DNA of 64,000 nucleotides from Escherichia coli (GTDB lineage Bacteria; Pseudomonadota; Gammaproteobacteria; Enterobacterales; Enterobacteriaceae): NCBI RefSeq assembly GCF_003018235.1, contig NZ_CP027437.1; one strand, 5' to 3'. Shown piece by piece: positions 62,735 to 64,000 of this stretch (position 1 is its first letter; each line of letters starts with the position of its first letter). The notes under the pieces were generated by a model. It saw only the letters and a program-made list of their open reading frames with translations, ran no database searches and was not told where the DNA came from. The position numbers and the translations under genes were made by a program.

Positions 62735-64000
62735 ATGGAACCAAAAACAAAAAAACAGCGTTCGCTTTATATTCCTTACGCTGGCCCTGTACTGCTGGAA
62801 TTTCCGTTGTTGAATAAAGGCAGTGCCTTCAGCATGGAAGAACGCCGTAACTTCAACCTGCTGGGGTTACTGCCGGAAGTGGTCGAAACCATCGAAGAAC
62901 AAGCGGAACGAGCATGGATCCAGTATCAGGGATTCAAAACCGAAATCGACAAACACATCTACCTGCGTAACATCCAGGACACTAACGAAACCCTCTTCTA
63001 CCGTCTGGTAAACAATCATCTTGATGAGATGATGCCTGTTATTTATACCCCAACCGTCGGCGCAGCCTGTGAGCGTTTTTCTGAGATCTACCGCCGTTCA
63101 CGCGGCGTGTTTATCTCTTACCAGAACCGCCACAATATGGACGATATTCTGCAAAACGTGCCGAACCATAATATTAAAGTGATTGTGGTGACTGACGGTG
63201 AACGTATTCTGGGGCTTGGTGACCAGGGCATCGGCGGGATGGGCATTCCGATCGGTAAACTGTCGCTCTATACCGCTTGTGGCGGCATCAGCCCGGCGTA
63301 TACCCTTCCGGTGGTGCTGGATGTCGGAACGAACAACCAACAGCTGCTTAACGATCCGCTGTATATGGGCTGGCGTAATCCGCGTATCACTGACGACGAA
63401 TACTATGAATTCGTTGATGAATTTATCCAGGCTGTGAAACAACGCTGGCCGGACGTGCTGTTGCAGTTTGAAGACTTCGCACAAAAAAATGCGATGCCGT
63501 TACTTAACCGCTATCGCAATGAAATTTGTTCTTTTAACGATGACATTCAGGGCACCGCGGCGGTAACGGTCGGCACACTGATCGCAGCCAGCCGCGCGGC
63601 GGGTGGTCAACTGAGCGAGAAAAAAATCGTCTTCCTTGGCGCAGGTTCAGCGGGATGCGGCATTGCCGAAATGATCATCGCCCAGACCCAGCGCGAAGGA
63701 TTAAGCGAGGAAGCGGCGCGGCAGAAAGTCTTTATGGTCGATCGCTTTGGCCTGCTGACGGACAAGATGCCGAACCTGCTGCCTTTCCAGACCAAACTGG
63801 TGCAGAAGCGCGAAAACCTCAGTGACTGGGATACCGACAGCGATGTGCTGTCACTGCTGGATGTGGTGCGTAATGTAAAACCAGATATTCTGATTGGCGT
63901 CTCAGGACAGACCGGGCTGTTTACGGAAGAGATCATCCGTGAGATGCATAAACACTGTCCGCGTCCGATCGTGATGCCGCTGTCTAACCCGACGTCACGC
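62735..64000 (+). CDS. maeA: NAD-dependent malic enzyme, 5' portion (runs off window end)
   Basis: Open frame from ATG 62735 ([40 protein letters not shown]...) to the window end; in-frame ATG 62708 is an alternative start. Absent from the ORF track because no stop lies in the window. Confidence 0.9.
   Translation, partial: MEPKTKKQRSLYIPYAGPVLLEFPLLNKGSAFSMEERRNFNLLGLLPEVVETIEEQAERAWIQYQGFKTEIDKHIYLRNIQDTNETLFYRLVNNHLDEMMPVIYTPTVGAACERFSEIYRRSRGVFISYQNRHNMDDILQNVPNHNIKVIVVTDGERILGLGDQGIGGMGIPIGKLSLYTACGGISPAYTLPVVLDVGTNNQQLLNDPLYMGWRNPRITDDEYYEFVDEFIQAVKQRWPDVLLQFEDFAQKNAMPLLNRYRNEICSFNDDIQGTAAVTVGTLIAASRAAGGQLSEKKIVFLGAGSAGCGIAEMIIAQTQREGLSEEAARQKVFMVDRFGLLTDKMPNLLPFQTKLVQKRENLSDWDTDSDVLSLLDVVRNVKPDILIGVSGQTGLFTEEIIREMHKHCPRPIVMPLSNPTSR

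Noticed and set aside
1-64000. Mobile elements, prophage, integron or defence-island signatures
   Set aside because: No transposase, integrase or recombinase ORFs, no terminal inverted repeats of IS type, no tRNA integration site and no att-like direct repeats were seen; gene order is the conserved core arrangement apart from the hipA-to-fimbrial interval.

Overview
This window reads as Escherichia coli-type chromosome, collinear with the K-12 yneG-to-maeA interval in reverse orientation, with no evidence of a self-contained undescribed system. Identifications come from reading the supplied ORF translations and the raw sequence against recalled protein families; no database search was run. 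Gene order: yneG (3' end), dgcF/yneF, uxaB, yneE, tam, lsrGFBDCA with divergent lsrRK (AI-2 uptake), an AIDA-like autotransporter pseudogene (yneO), hipBA, a ~4 kb four-gene redox module flanked by two gene remnants, a complete F9/Fml-type chaperone-usher fimbrial operon, ydeP-safA-ydeO, ydeNM, yddA-yddB-pqqL, gadBC, yddW, dosCP, ddpXABCDF, osmC, bdm, sra and the 5' part of maeA. No rRNA, tRNA, IS element, prophage or CRISPR array was seen. The most notable observations are: (1) a 1-nt frame discontinuity at the 5' end of dosP; (2) the redox module between hipA and the fimbrial operon, encoding signal-peptide-bearing tandem-ABM and tandem-CMD proteins, the best candidate for uncharacterised biology; (3) a perfect 13-bp inverted repeat plus a related 10-bp palindrome beside a truncated AraC-family gene; (4) the autotransporter has lost its beta-barrel, leaving the terminal beta-strand out of frame. 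The comparison with K-12 (where this fimbrial operon is partly deleted and the redox module is absent) is from memory.
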